Under the pieces are notes generated by a model. The model was not told where the DNA came from. It did not search any database and saw only the letters and a list, made by a program, of their open reading frames with translations. Of a stretch of 64,000 nucleotides of DNA, positions 36,087 through 45,109 are shown one piece after another. This DNA is from Acidobacteriota bacterium (GTDB lineage: Bacteria > Acidobacteriota > UBA4820 > DSQY01): assembly GCA_040752915.1 (NCBI GenBank), contig JBFMHB010000006.1, positions 1,179 to 65,178 on the forward strand, read 5' to 3'. Numbering within the stretch: position 1 is the stretch's first letter; every line of letters starts with the position of its first letter. The position numbers and the translations under genes are program-made.

Positions 36087-36403
36087 CGCGGCCGCCACGC
36101 AGGCGCCGGAAAAGGGGAAGCGCAAGGCCGGCCCCCGGACGGCGCCCGGACGGCGAACCTGCCGCGATCGGCCCCTTCCAGGACGGCCTCCCGCTCCCCG
36201 GCGGGGGGCCACCCGGCCACTCCCCACGAAGGCCGGGGGGCAAGCCGGCGCGACCCCCAACGGGGGGCGCGATCTCCCCCCCCCGCGCGCGGCCCATCGC
36301 CCCCAGACCGGCCATCCACCCGCCAGGGAATCGATTTCTCTTTTTAGGGGAGGATCCTGCCTCCCGAGACGGGCCCCAGCCCGGCCTGTGGGGACGGAAT
36401 GCC

Positions 36404-36880
36404 TCACCCGCGCTCGCGGAGGGCCCTCGACTGCTCCCGGTCCAGGTCTTTTTCCCGCAGGGCGTCACGCTTGTCGTAGGCCTTCTTTCCCCGCCCGAGG
36501 CCCAGCTCCACCTTGACCTTCCCTCTCTTGAAGTATACCCGCAGGGGAATCAGGGTCAGGCCCCTCTGGTCCACCCACCCGCGCATCTTCAGGATCTCTT
36601 TCTTGTGGAGCAGGAGCTTCCTTTTCCGCAGCGGATCCACGGGGGTGAGCGACTGGTGGGTGTGATGGGCGTACGGGGCGATGTGGCACTGGTGAAGCCA
36701 GGCTTCTCCCCCCTCCACCGAGGCGTAGGCATCCTTGAGCTGGATCCGCCCGGCCCGCACGGACTTCACTTCGGGTCCGAGAAGGGCGATCCCCGCCTCG
36801 AAACGCTCCAGGATCTCGTAGAGAAAGAAGGCCTGCCGGTTGCGGGCGGCCTCCTTGAGCCCCTCGCCAGGCTCCTTCAT
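36404..36880 (-). CDS. smpB: SsrA-binding protein
   Basis: 158 aa. ...NRQAFFLYEILERFEAGIALLGPEVKSVRAG...LHKKEI, canonical SmpB. Confidence 0.85.
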   Translation of the reverse strand: MKEPGEGLKEAARNRQAFFLYEILERFEAGIALLGPEVKSVRAGRIQLKDAYASVEGGEAWLHQCHIAPYAHHTHQSLTPVDPLRKRKLLLHKKEILKMRGWVDQRGLTLIPLRVYFKRGKVKVELGLGRGKKAYDKRDALREKDLDREQSRALRERG

Positions 36881-37137
36881 GGCTTGCGGGGAGTGCGCGA
36901 GGGCGGGATGTGGCGCATGACCGCGTCCTTGAAGGAGGCGGGCACCCCCACCGAGGGCAGCGAATCCAGGGTGTCCAGGAGGCGACTCATGGATTCGTAC
37001 TCCGTCTGGCAGGTGGGGCAGGAGGAGAGATGGTCCCGGATCTCCGCCGACTCCTCGGGCGTGAAGTCGTTCTCGATGAACCGGGGAAGGAGCGCGAGGA
37101 TCTTGTTGCAGCGGCGGTTTTCGCGTGGGTCCGTCAT
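36877..37137 (-). CDS. ZAS-type (zinc-associated, HxxxCxxC) anti-sigma factor, soluble
   Basis: 86 aa. Cys10, His36, Cys40, Cys43 (C-x25-H-x3-C-x2-C) match the RsrA-like ZAS motif. No TM segment. 4-nt overlap with smpB and 17-nt gap after the ECF sigma gene. Confidence 0.55.
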   Translation of the reverse strand: MTDPRENRRCNKILALLPRFIENDFTPEESAEIRDHLSSCPTCQTEYESMSRLLDTLDSLPSVGVPASFKDAVMRHIPPSRTPRKP

Positions 37138-37154
37138 GGCGCCTTCCTCATTCC

Positions 37155-37736
37155 TCAGCGGAAGTCCTGGAGCCGTTCCATCAGGATCTGCCTCGCGCGA
37201 AAGATCCTGTTCTTCACCGTGCCGATGGGCATCCCCGTGATCTTGGCCATCTCCTCGTAGGACCGGAAACTGAAGTGCCTCAGGAGGATGAGCTCCCGGT
37301 AGGAGGGCGGGAGGTCCTCGAGCGCCTTCTGGACCTGCACCAGCAGCATCTTGTTTTTGTACGCATCGTGCGGACTCAAGGTTGCGCTCTCCAGGTGCAG
37401 GTCGGGAAGGTCCGGGTTGTCCTGCCTCTCCTGGATGGAGGTGGTGCTCATCTTCTGCCGGCGGAGGTGATCGATCGTGTGGTTGCTCGCGATCTTGTAA
37501 AGCCAGGTGGAGAACTTGTACTGCCCGTCGTACCTTCGGAGGCTCTCGAAGGCCTTGATGAAGACCTCCTGAGAGAGTTCCAGCGCTTCCTCGTAGTTGT
37601 GGACCATGTGGAAGATGTACGTGACGAGGCCCTTCTGATACCGCTCCACGAGACCGCCGAAGGCCTCCGTGTCCCCGTCCAGGACCGTTCGGATGACTTC
37701 GCCGTCGGTGAGGACCCGCTGTGGCATCGTCTCCAT
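37155..37736 (-). CDS. ECF-subfamily RNA polymerase sigma-70 factor
   Basis: Region 2 ([19 protein letters not shown]...[15 protein letters not shown]) and region 4 ([37 protein letters not shown]). Confidence 0.8.
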   Translation of the reverse strand: METMPQRVLTDGEVIRTVLDGDTEAFGGLVERYQKGLVTYIFHMVHNYEEALELSQEVFIKAFESLRRYDGQYKFSTWLYKIASNHTIDHLRRQKMSTTSIQERQDNPDLPDLHLESATLSPHDAYKNKMLLVQVQKALEDLPPSYRELILLRHFSFRSYEEMAKITGMPIGTVKNRIFRARQILMERLQDFR

Positions 37737-37748
37737 CCCCCGCCGCCC

Positions 37749-37778
37749 ATTCTGGAGTGCGGCTCCCCTCCGGTCAAG
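37749..37778 (-). promoter_or_regulatory. Sigma-70-type promoter for the ECF sigma/anti-sigma/smpB unit
   Basis: Minus strand: TTGACC, 17 nt, CAGAAT, ending 12 nt before the ATG (very short leader). Confidence 0.4.
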
Positions 37779-37825
37779 GACCGCCCGTGCTACACTCCCC
37801 TCTTCGGGCAGCGAAAGGAGCCGCC

Positions 37826-38245
37826 GTGAAGTCCCACCGGGAAACGCTCACCCTGGAAACCCCGGGCCGGAGGGCCTTCATCAACCTCACGGACCGGATC
37901 CGGGAGATCCTGCGGATCAGTGGGATCCGCGAGGGCCTCTGCCTCGTGAATGCCATGCACATCACGGCCAGCGTCTTCATCAACGACGACGAGCCCGGTC
38001 TCCACCAGGACTACGAGCGATGGCTCGAAGAGCTGGCGCCCCACGCCCCCGTTTCGAGGTATCTCCACAACCGGACGGGCGAGGACAACGCCGACGCCCA
38101 CCTCAAGCGCCAAGTGATGGGGCGCGAGGTGGTGGTGGCCGTGACGGGCGGGGAACTCGACCTCGGCCCGTGGGAGCAGATTTTTTACGGCGAGTTCGAC
38201 GGCCGGCGCCCCAAGAGGGTCCTGATCAAGATCATCGGGGAGTGA
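37826..38245 (+). CDS. YjbQ/UPF0047-family protein (secondary thiamine-phosphate synthase-like)
   Basis: GTG at 37826 with [29 protein letters not shown]...GPWEQIF typical of YjbQ. Confidence 0.7.
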   Translation: MKSHRETLTLETPGRRAFINLTDRIREILRISGIREGLCLVNAMHITASVFINDDEPGLHQDYERWLEELAPHAPVSRYLHNRTGEDNADAHLKRQVMGREVVVAVTGGELDLGPWEQIFYGEFDGRRPKRVLIKIIGE

Positions 38246-38250
38246 GGGCG

Positions 38251-38721
38251 GTGAAACGAGAGACCAGAGTCCCGAGGCGTGGACGGGGGAGGAAGCTCTC
38301 CCGCTTCAACCTCTCGCGAAGGGGCGAGATCGTCCTGGCGGGGGTGGGCCTCCTGATCCTCGCGGCGCTGGGGTGGTTCCTCTGGACGGCCCTGGCGCCT
38401 TCGCTGGTGGGAGAGAGCGCCGCGGACGCGGCCCGGAGGGAGAAAGAGGCGGCCCGCCAGGCGGCGGTCTGGGCCGAGGTGGAGGCCTCGCACCTCATCC
38501 TGAAGGCCGACCCGGAGCGTCAGGACCTTCACGTGGTGCCGGGGGTGTGGGAGTCCCTTCTTCCCACGGTGCGAGAATCCTACGTGGCCGCCGCGGCGGC
38601 CCACTACGGGTGGACCCGGTGCTTCGTGCTGGATGCCGCCACGGGGCGCACCCTGGGGTGGTACCAATCGGGCCGGGGCTTCCACGTCCCGCGCCGCTCC
38701 GAAGCTTCGGAAGCGCGGTAG
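38251..38721 (+). CDS. Hypothetical N-terminally membrane-anchored protein
   Basis: GTG 6 nt after the yjbQ-like stop. Basic N-terminus, then one TM (IVLAGVGLLILAALGWFLWTALA), then soluble domain. No motif recognised. Confidence 0.35.
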   Translation: MKRETRVPRRGRGRKLSRFNLSRRGEIVLAGVGLLILAALGWFLWTALAPSLVGESAADAARREKEAARQAAVWAEVEASHLILKADPERQDLHVVPGVWESLLPTVRESYVAAAAAHYGWTRCFVLDAATGRTLGWYQSGRGFHVPRRSEASEAR

Positions 38722-38804
38722 CCGGCCGCCCCGGATCGGCCGGGGGCTTCTGATCCCTTGGATACCGGCGGCCGGTGGGATGAGCCCGAGCGCGGCGAGC
38801 GGAC

Positions 38805-39401
38805 TCAGCGCCCCGCGCCGAAGAAGGCGCGGCCCAGCCTCCTCGCTTCGTCAAGATAGCCCTTCCGGCGCGCGTCCGACGCCTCCGTGACCCCGTGGAA
38901 GACCTCGAGCCGGACCGTCTGGACGCCGCACATGCGGAGCGTCCAGTCCACGAGGACCTTCCGCATGGGTCGGTGGAACCCGAAGGTCCGATAAAGAAGC
39001 GCCGAGGCGCCCGCCGTGCAGAGAACGAGAGCCCTCTCCTGGTGGAGAAGCCCCTTCACCCGGCCTCCGGGAAGAAACCGAAAGGCGAAGCCTTCGAAGA
39101 ACACGCGGTCCACGAACCCCTTCACCATGGCGGGCGGGCCGAACCAGTACACCGGAAAGACGAAGGCCAGTCCGGCGGCCGCGGAGACTCGCGCCTGAAG
39201 GGCCGCGACATCGGGCGCAAACCGCCCGGTGGCGGCCGCCTCCAGATCCTCCGGCCGCATCTCGGGGCGGAAGCCTTCGCCATGCAGGTCCAGGAGGTCC
39301 ACCTCGTGGCCCTCGCCCTCCAGGGATCCCCTCAGCGCGGCGGCCACGGCGGCATTGAAGGAATCCGCGCGGGGATGGGAGAGTACGAGGAGAATCCTCA
39401 C
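38805..39401 (-). CDS. Flavodoxin-like-fold NAD(P)H-dependent oxidoreductase (NQO/MdaB-like)
   Basis: MRILLVLSHPRADSFNAAVAAA...FVFPVYWFGPPAMVKGFVDRVF, flavodoxin_2 signature. Confidence 0.6.
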   Translation of the reverse strand: MRILLVLSHPRADSFNAAVAAALRGSLEGEGHEVDLLDLHGEGFRPEMRPEDLEAAATGRFAPDVAALQARVSAAAGLAFVFPVYWFGPPAMVKGFVDRVFFEGFAFRFLPGGRVKGLLHQERALVLCTAGASALLYRTFGFHRPMRKVLVDWTLRMCGVQTVRLEVFHGVTEASDARRKGYLDEARRLGRAFFGAGR

Positions 39402-39411
39402 GGCTCCCCCC

Positions 39412-39927
39412 TCATGGCCGGAGGAACCTCTCCGACGCCCACGCCGCGAGCACTTCGCCCAGATAGGCCGTGTGGTAGTCCCTTTCGGGATAGTTTCCCT
39501 GGATGGAGGGGTCCCGGAAACGGGCCGGATCCACCTGGAGCGCGGACATGATCCGGCACTCGAGGGAAAGGACGGATCCGGCGATCCGCGGCACCAGGAC
39601 CTCCGAGGAGGGCTCGGGGACCAGGCCCGCCGCCTTCCACTTGTCGAGGTCCCGGCCCGAGCGCGTGCCGCACAGGTCCAGGGCGGGCCGGCGCGAGGCG
39701 GGCAGGACGTTCAGGGTGAAGGCCTGCCCCGCCTCGAGGAGGCCGAAGGTGTGGCGCGTGGGGCGGACGTAGACGGTGACGGTGGGCCGGTTCCAGATGG
39801 TTCCGAACCCGCCCCAGGACACGGTCATGGGGTTGGGCCGCTCCGTCCCCGCCACGAGCAGGGCCCACTCCTTGTCCAGAAGATGGAAGGGCCGAAGGAC
39901 GACCTCCGCGGGATCCACGCGGGTCAT
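39412..39927 (-). CDS. Flavin reductase-like (FMN-binding split-barrel) protein
   Basis: LDKEWALLVAGTERPNPMTVSWGGFG...TVYVRPTRHT, flavin_reduct family. Confidence 0.55.
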   Translation of the reverse strand: MTRVDPAEVVLRPFHLLDKEWALLVAGTERPNPMTVSWGGFGTIWNRPTVTVYVRPTRHTFGLLEAGQAFTLNVLPASRRPALDLCGTRSGRDLDKWKAAGLVPEPSSEVLVPRIAGSVLSLECRIMSALQVDPARFRDPSIQGNYPERDYHTAYLGEVLAAWASERFLRP

Positions 39928-40496
39928 GGCCTTGGCCCCTTCCCCGCGCCCTCATCGAGGAACCGGACGAGGTCCTCGGCGGCCCGCTTCAGGCAGAGCC
40001 TCGCGGCGGCTTCGGGGGTCTCCACGAGACCCCACCGCCCGCGAACCTGGCTTCGAACGGCGTAGAGCCGGCGGCCCTCCCCGTCTCTCAGGACGAGCAG
40101 GAGGTCGGCGTCCGCGTAGCGCCGGTTCCCTTCTCCCCGGGGGTCCATCCCCGTGCGTGTCCCGGCTCCCATGGGGGAACCCGCCCCCGGCTGGACCCTT
40201 CCCGGGTCCGCCGACGCGGAGACCTCGGGACTCGAGGTTCGTCCCGAAAAGAGAAGTTCGATCCGCCCGCCGAGGGGGTCCTCCCCCAGCGGGAGACGCT
40301 CGGAGAGGGTGACCCGTGCCAGATCCTCGAGAAGAGGGGTCAATTCGGCCGGATCGCACCGCGCTTCCAGACGAAAGGCGGGCACCCGGAGCAGGGCGGA
40401 GGCGTCGGCCTCGGGCTCCCGAACCACCGAGGCGCAACCGGCGAAGGTCAGGAGCCCGGCCAGAAGGAGCGGGGCGCTGGGATCTCGAACGGTCAT
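39924..40496 (-). CDS. Hypothetical lipoprotein
   Basis: Signal peptide with lipobox LLTFAGC. No recognisable domain. Confidence 0.4.
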   Translation of the reverse strand: MTVRDPSAPLLLAGLLTFAGCASVVREPEADASALLRVPAFRLEARCDPAELTPLLEDLARVTLSERLPLGEDPLGGRIELLFSGRTSSPEVSASADPGRVQPGAGSPMGAGTRTGMDPRGEGNRRYADADLLLVLRDGEGRRLYAVRSQVRGRWGLVETPEAAARLCLKRAAEDLVRFLDEGAGKGPRP

Positions 40497-41416
40497 GGCG
40501 TCGCCTCCACGGGAACGCGGCGGGTCTTGCGGGCGATGGCCTCCCGAATCGCCGGAAGGGCCGCACGGGCGGCCGCCTCCCCCGCTTCGATCAGGCGCTT
40601 TTTCTGGCTGAAGTCGTCGAAGGCCACCCCCTTCACGTCGGGCTGGATGACCACGTCGGCCTCCGCCGCCCTCAGCCTTCCAATTTCCTGGTACATGATC
40701 ATGGCCGAGTGAAAGGCCACCTCCACCGGATTCCGCGGCGCGCCCGACGGAAGGCCCGCCGGGATGGCCACGGCGATGACGACCTCGGCGCCCTTCTGGC
40801 GGGCGACGTCGGCCGGAACCGGGTCCAGGACGCCCCCGTCCACGTACGTCGCTCCCCCGAACTGCACCGGCACGAAGACCCCGGGGATGGCGCAGGAGGC
40901 GTGGACCGCCTGGGCCACGGAACCGCGCTCGAAGACCACGGCCTGGCCCGTCCGGATGTCCACGGCCACGGGGTAGAAGGGAACCGGCAGGGCCTCCAGG
41001 GTCTTGTGGCGCAAGTTGCGGCTCAGAAACGCCTCCAGCCTCTCCCCCTTCACCAGGCCGCCCGAGAACAGGGCCAGGGCCTTGTAGTCGAAGAGGTCCT
41101 CCTCCTGGACTTCCACCGAAAGGAACTCGGCGTCGAGGACCCGGCCCGAGTCGGCGTAAAGCGCACCGATGAGGCTTCCCACGGAGGTCCCGGCCACGAG
41201 GTCGATGGGGACCTTCTCTTGCTCCAACACCCTCAAGACGCCGATTTCCGCGAACCCGCGGGCCGCGCCGCCGCCGAGGGCCAGCCCCACCTTCGGGGGG
41301 ACTTCCCGCATGACCGGGGGCGGGATCTCAAGGGTGGGAGGCTTTTGGGGCGCGCAGGCGCAGAGGGCGAGACAAAGGGCGGCGGACAGGAGTCCGGCGG
41401 CTGACCTTCGCGGCAT
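40493..41416 (-). CDS. Patatin-like phospholipase (RssA-like), lipoprotein
   Basis: Lipobox LALCAC. GGGAARG oxyanion motif, GTSVGS nucleophile elbow, DGG catalytic Asp. Confidence 0.75.
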   Translation of the reverse strand: MPRRSAAGLLSAALCLALCACAPQKPPTLEIPPPVMREVPPKVGLALGGGAARGFAEIGVLRVLEQEKVPIDLVAGTSVGSLIGALYADSGRVLDAEFLSVEVQEEDLFDYKALALFSGGLVKGERLEAFLSRNLRHKTLEALPVPFYPVAVDIRTGQAVVFERGSVAQAVHASCAIPGVFVPVQFGGATYVDGGVLDPVPADVARQKGAEVVIAVAIPAGLPSGAPRNPVEVAFHSAMIMYQEIGRLRAAEADVVIQPDVKGVAFDDFSQKKRLIEAGEAAARAALPAIREAIARKTRRVPVEATP

Positions 41417-41427
41417 GAGAATCCTCC

Positions 41428-41514
41428 TGGTGCCGGAGGCGGGGCTCGAACCCGCACGGCCTTGCGGCCAGGGGATTTTAAGTCCCCAGCGTCTGCCCGT
41501 TCCGCCACTCCGGC
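41428..41514 (-). tRNA. tRNA-Leu (anticodon UAA), type II with long variable arm
   Basis: Minus strand: GCCGGAGUGGCGGAACGG...CU-UAA-AA anticodon loop ... GGGUUCGAGCCCCGCCUCCGGCACCA (encoded CCA). Confidence 0.8.
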
Positions 41515-41647
41515 CGCGGTCAGTATACGGCGGATCGCCCTCGAAAGGCCCACTCCGCGGGAGACTGCCCGGGCTCTACGCTTGGGCTGATGCGGGCGTC
41601 TAGCCCGAAGGACGTGATGCAAGGGAGGAGGGGGGAGGAGAAAATAC

Positions 41648-41721
41648 TGGAGGCGCCGACCGGAATCGAACCGGTGATGAGGGCTTTGCAGGCCCCTGCC
41701 TTACCGCTTGGCTACGGCGCC
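41648..41721 (-). tRNA. tRNA-Cys (anticodon GCA)
   Basis: Minus strand: GGCGCCGUAGCCAAGCGGUAAGGCAGGGGCCUGCAAAGCCCUCAUCACCGGUUCGAUUCCGGUCGGCGCCUCCA (CCA encoded). Confidence 0.8.
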
Positions 41722-41733
41722 CCAGGCCCGGTC

Positions 41734-41762
41734 ATTATGGGCTCCGGGCCCGCCCCTGTCAA
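41734..41762 (-). promoter_or_regulatory. Sigma-70 consensus promoter for tRNA-Cys (and possibly tRNA-Leu)
   Basis: Minus strand: TTGACA, 17 nt, CATAAT, ending 7 nt before the tRNA 5' end. Confidence 0.5.
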
Positions 41763-41868
41763 CCTTTCCAGAGCTTCCGATGGCCGCGGGGAACCAGCCG
41801 GGAAGAGGTGCCCGACTTGCGCGCCTCGGCCGCCTCCGGCAGGATGTCGGTTCGGGGAGGTAGCGGGA

Positions 41869-42996
41869 ATGGCGGAAGAGAACGAGGAGGCAAGGTCGGG
41901 GAACGCGCTCCGATGGCTGAGGAACCTGCGGGACGAGCGCCGCGCCGCAGCGGTCTACGAGGCCCTCGCCCAGGCGGAGAAGGACGCGGAGCGGGCCTCC
42001 TTGTTCCGTGACCTCGCGGCCGTGGAAACCCGGCACGCCGAGGTCTGGGAAGGGAAATTGAGGGACGCGGGGGTGAAGACCGCCGCCGTCCGCCCCGGCG
42101 TCCGGGACCGTCTCCTCCTCCTCCTGGCCCGACGCTTCGGCACGGCGGGCGTCCTGCCCATCCTGGAGGCCGCCGAGCGCAACGCCGATGGAAGCTACGC
42201 CGATCAGGCGGACGCCCGGGCCGTGGGGATGGACCGTGAGGAGAAGGTCCACGCGCGGGTATTCGAGACCCTCGGGGCCTCCGGAAGCGCGGCCATCGCC
42301 CGCCAGGAGACCTGGCACCGGAGCTCCCGGGGAGGCTCCCTGAGGGCGGCCGTGTTCGGGATGAACGACGGCCTTGTCTCCAACTTCTCCCTGATCATGG
42401 GCGTGGCCGGCGCGGGCCCCGGCCGCGGCGTACTGCTTCTGACGGGTGCGGCGGGGATGCTCGCGGGGGCCTTCTCCATGGCCGCCGGTGAATACGTCTC
42501 CGTGAGGTCCCAGAGGGAGCTGTACGAACACGAGATCCGGAAGGAGGAGGAGGAACTCCGAAACTCCCCCGAAGAGGAGGCCCGGGAATTGGAGCTCATT
42601 TACCGCGCCAAGGGAATTCCTAGGGAGCAGGCCGCCGCGCTCTCGCGCGCCATCGTCGAGAGTCCCCATTCCGCTCTGGACACCCTGGCCCGCGAGGAGT
42701 TGGGCCTCGATCCGGGGGACCTCGGTTCCCCCTGGGCGGCGGCCTCCAGCTCTTTTTTCGCCTTTGTGGCCGGCGCCTTCATCCCCCTGGCCCCGTTTCT
42801 GATCCTGGAAGCGGGCCCGGGGGTGGCCGTCTCGGCGTCGCTCAGCGCGGCGGCCCTCCTGGCCGTGGGGGGCCTCCTGGCCTTCTTCACGGGTCGGAGC
42901 GTCCTGTACGGTGCTCTTCGCATGGCGGCCATCGGAGGGACCGTGGCCCTGGTGACTCACCTCCTGGGCCGTCTTATCGGAGTGTCCCTGGGCTGA
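41869..42996 (+). CDS. Membrane-bound ferritin-like / VIT1 (CCC1) family iron-manganese transporter (MbfA-like)
   Basis: N-terminal rubrerythrin/erythrin-like helical domain (EALAQAEKDAERASLFRDLAAVETRHAEVWE). C-terminal VIT1 domain (AAVFGMNDGLVSNFSLIMGVAG...GEYVSVRSQRE... TM helices). Confidence 0.75.
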   Translation: MAEENEEARSGNALRWLRNLRDERRAAAVYEALAQAEKDAERASLFRDLAAVETRHAEVWEGKLRDAGVKTAAVRPGVRDRLLLLLARRFGTAGVLPILEAAERNADGSYADQADARAVGMDREEKVHARVFETLGASGSAAIARQETWHRSSRGGSLRAAVFGMNDGLVSNFSLIMGVAGAGPGRGVLLLTGAAGMLAGAFSMAAGEYVSVRSQRELYEHEIRKEEEELRNSPEEEARELELIYRAKGIPREQAAALSRAIVESPHSALDTLAREELGLDPGDLGSPWAAASSSFFAFVAGAFIPLAPFLILEAGPGVAVSASLSAAALLAVGGLLAFFTGRSVLYGALRMAAIGGTVALVTHLLGRLIGVSLG

Positions 42997-43438
42997 GACG
43001 GCTGGGGCCTTCCACGGCCACCCAGCGGGCCTTGCCGGTTCCATGGAAGGCCAGCCTCCAGAGAGGGCGGCCCGAGGATTTCCACAGCGTCTCTCCGGCC
43101 CCGGGCCACTCCACGACCACGAGGTCCGCGGAAGCGAGCGAATCCTCGAGCCCGAGCGATTCCAGGTCGGAGGGGTGGCTGCACCGGTAGAGGTCCACGT
43201 GGGTCACGGCCAGGCCGCCCTTCCCCTGGGGGTACCTCTGGACGAGGGTGAAAGAGGGGCTCGACACCCACGACGGGGCGATGCCGAGAGCCTCCGCCAG
43301 GAACCGAGTGAAGGTGGTCTTTCCCGCTCCCAGGTCCCCCTCGAGGAGGAGGAGATCCCGTCCGGCCAGGGAGCGGGCCACTCGCCGGGCCAGGGCCCGG
43401 GTTTGCGCAAGCGTTGGCAGGAGGAGGGTTTCCGCCAA
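42974..43438 (-). CDS. tsaE: tRNA threonylcarbamoyladenosine biosynthesis protein TsaE
   Basis: P-loop LLLEGDLGAGKTTFTRFL and THVDLYR. Start uncertain; the TTG at 43438 was chosen to avoid overlap with nnr. Confidence 0.6.
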   Translation of the reverse strand: MAETLLLPTLAQTRALARRVARSLAGRDLLLLEGDLGAGKTTFTRFLAEALGIAPSWVSSPSFTLVQRYPQGKGGLAVTHVDLYRCSHPSDLESLGLEDSLASADLVVVEWPGAGETLWKSSGRPLWRLAFHGTGKARWVAVEGPSRLSPGTLR

Positions 43439-43455
43439 GGCCGCCCCTCCAGGAC

Positions 43456-45020
43456 TCAGCGGAGACCCCGGTGGGAGCGGAGGGACCCCTCCACCTGGGG
43501 CAACGCCTCGGCGCACTCGGACGCCATCAGGCCGTACCCCCCGATTTTGCGAAAAGCCAGGTCGGCCGCCGCGCCGTGCCACCAGGCGGCCAGGGACGCG
43601 GCATCATAGGCTTCCTCTCCCCGCCCCAGGAGGGCCGCCGCGATGCCCGTGAGCACGTCGCCGAAGCCCGGCCCCGCCATGTGGGGTCCGCCCGTCAGAT
43701 TGAGCCGCCAGGGGCTCCCAGGGGCGGCCAGGAGGCTGCGGTAGCCTTTGAGCAAGAGAACCACTCCCGCCCGCTCGGCGGCTTCGGGGATCAACCGGTA
43801 GCGTTGAGCCGCCACGTCCGCGGCGGGCAATCCCAGGACCCGCCCCATTTCTCCGGGGTGGGGCGTGAGAACCCGGGGACCCGCATGGACCTGAAGGCGC
43901 TCCGGCCGGCCGGCAAAGGCGTTGATGCCGTCGGCGTCCACGACCGCGGGAAGACGGGCCTGCGCGTAGAGGACCTCCATCAAGGCCCGCGTTTCCGGCG
44001 TCGCCCCCACGCCCGGTCCCAGCCCCAGCGCGTCGGCCTGAGAGCAGAAGTCGAGGATCGGCGTGAGGGCGTCCATGCTGAGGGTGCCGTCGGCCGTTTC
44101 GGGCAGGGGTAGGGTCATGGCCTCCGGTAGAGAGGCCGCGACCACCGGCTGCACCGAGGCCGGCGTCGCCACCGTGACCAGGCCGGCCCCCGCCCGGAGC
44201 GCCCCGCGCGCGGCGAGGACCGCGGCCCCGCTCTTCCCCCGGGACCCCGCGACGAGGAGGACCCGCCCGGCGTCGCCTTTGTGGGCGCAGGACGGGCGGG
44301 GGCGGGCGAAGGAGGCCGCCCAAGTGACCTCCAGCGCCTCTCCGGCGGGGGTCAGCCTCCGGACGGCCTCCTCCGGGATTCCGATGTCCAGCCGCCGCAC
44401 GGTGCCGCACAGGGGCGAGCCCTCGGGCGTGAAGAGGCACGGTTTGGCCAGGGCCAGGGTCAGCGTCAGGTCCGCGCGGACCGTCGGGCCGAAGGGGGCC
44501 AGGGCGTCTCCCGACAGGCCGGAGGGGACATCCACGGCCGCAACGGTTCCCCCCCATGCGTTCAGGGTCTCGATCAAGGAGGCCGTCGACCCGCGGGCTG
44601 GACCCGACAGGCCCGTGCCGAGAAGCGCGTCCACGGCGAGGGAGGAGGCTTCGAGACCTTTTCGGCAGGCCTCCGGACCCGGCTCTCCCCAAGCGGGCGT
44701 CCAGGGGACGCCCGCGGCCTCCAACTTGTCGAACTGCACGCGCGCGTCCCCGGAGAGGCGGTCGGGCTCCGCCGCGAGCAGGACGCGGGCGTCCACGCCC
44801 CGCTCCTTCAGGAGCCTCGCCGCGGCCATCCCGTCGCCGCCGTTGTTGCCCCGGCCGCAGAGGACGGCCACCGCACCCGTCATTCGATCAGAAAGCTCCT
44901 CGTACAGGGCGTCCACGATGGCCGCGGCCGCGTTTTCCATGAGGCGGAGGGACGGGATTCCCATCTCCTCGATGGCGATCCGATCCGCCTCGCGAACGTC
45001 CCGAGACCAGTAGAGCTTCA
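43456..45020 (-). CDS. nnr: Bifunctional NAD(P)H-hydrate repair enzyme (epimerase plus ADP-dependent dehydratase)
   Basis: YjeF-N (AVLCGRGNNGGDG) and YjeF-C (carbohydrate-kinase-like, GPGLG) domains. ATG at 45020 (MKLYWSRDVREAD). Confidence 0.8.
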
Positions 45021-45109
45021 TCGCTGCATGCCCCGATCCTTTGGCGGATTCAGGGAGTCCGAGGCGTCGGACCCCGAGCGGCTCCCCCGGGCGCCCGCCC
45101 TTGATCCCC

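Noticed and set aside
36061-36403. Possible tmRNA (ssrA) gene next to smpB
   Set aside because: Neither strand shows a tRNA-like acceptor/T-arm (GGUUCGA...CCA), a tag reading frame ending in a stop after ...AA, or the 5' GGGG...CGACG start. The region is mostly GC homopolymer and repeats.
41515-41647. Third tRNA between tRNA-Leu and tRNA-Cys
   Set aside because: The G-rich spacer has one possible stem (GGGCT...AGCCC), but no cloverleaf with an anticodon arm or T-arm could be drawn.
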